Shown one piece after another: positions 63,801 to 64,000 of a DNA stretch of 64,000 nucleotides (position 1 is its first letter; each line of letters opens with the position of its first letter). Origin of the DNA: Psilocybe cubensis (taxonomy: Eukaryota); NCBI GenBank assembly GCA_017499595.2, contig CM038998.1, positions 3,782,001-3,846,000 of the forward strand, in the 5' to 3' direction. Under the pieces are notes generated by a model. That model ran no database searches, was not told where the DNA came from, and was given only the letters and a program-made list of their open reading frames with translations. The position numbers and the translations under genes are program-made.

Positions 63801-64000
63801 AAAGTGATTTAGTGTCGACTTATCATACATGTACTCAACGGCACCTTCTGGATCGCGTGACCAGAGAAAATGACATCTGTCGCCGGTCTTCTGCGCTAAA
63901 TCCTTGCCTCCGACACCTCGTTTACTTGCACTTTGGAGGATGCAATGAGGTTACATGCCGCCTTCAATCACACATCTCACCAGACGATGCCTGGCGCCAA
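57809..64000 (+). CDS. Large UvrD-like SF1 helicase with TPR-like C-terminal region (TRANK1-like) and N-terminal RelE-like segment; more than 25 exons, continues beyond the window
   Basis: Walker A YVLGRSGTG|KTTTMLYKM, Walker B YVDETQD, FWAGDTAQTISAGSSFRF, NYRSHSGI, SKGLEFND|V, LYVAITRAR; then helical repeats (YKSAAQCFEDAG, AAKTYELIPDFTKASLLYRKLGRFD). Confidence 0.9.

Overview
Eukaryotic, intron-rich fungal DNA; short GT-AG introns, CTRAC/CTAAT branch points and DUF6535/DUF6533-type genes suggest an agaricomycete. About 21 protein-coding genes are supported. Housekeeping genes: LTA4H/LAP2 aminopeptidase, ArfGAP, Bni4-like PP1 regulator, MAK31/NAA38, DPM1, NUDIX, F-box proteins, NIC96, SMN, CGI121, ARP5, SEC4/Rab8, plus a large UvrD/TRANK1-like helicase. 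The highlight is an accessory island at about 15.3-29.9 kb holding five related genes with the same three intron positions. Each encodes an N-terminal restriction-endonuclease-like (PD-(D/E)xK) region fused to a short C-terminal kinase domain. Four copies (A-D) keep the kinase catalytic motifs but lack the nuclease ExK motif. The fifth (E) keeps D...ExK but has a dead kinase loop. A remnant of a second E copy precedes copy B, suggesting an 'E + kinase' two-gene module was duplicated; this is a candidate split toxin/antidote or sensor/executor system. The island also contains a PIF/Harbinger-like non-autonomous element with a nested hAT-like MITE. Other points: a 54-aa secreted Cys-rich peptide gene missed by the ORF track, a RelE-like domain in the helicase, and a frameshift in the Bni4-like gene. 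All calls come from reading motifs by eye; no database searches were run.
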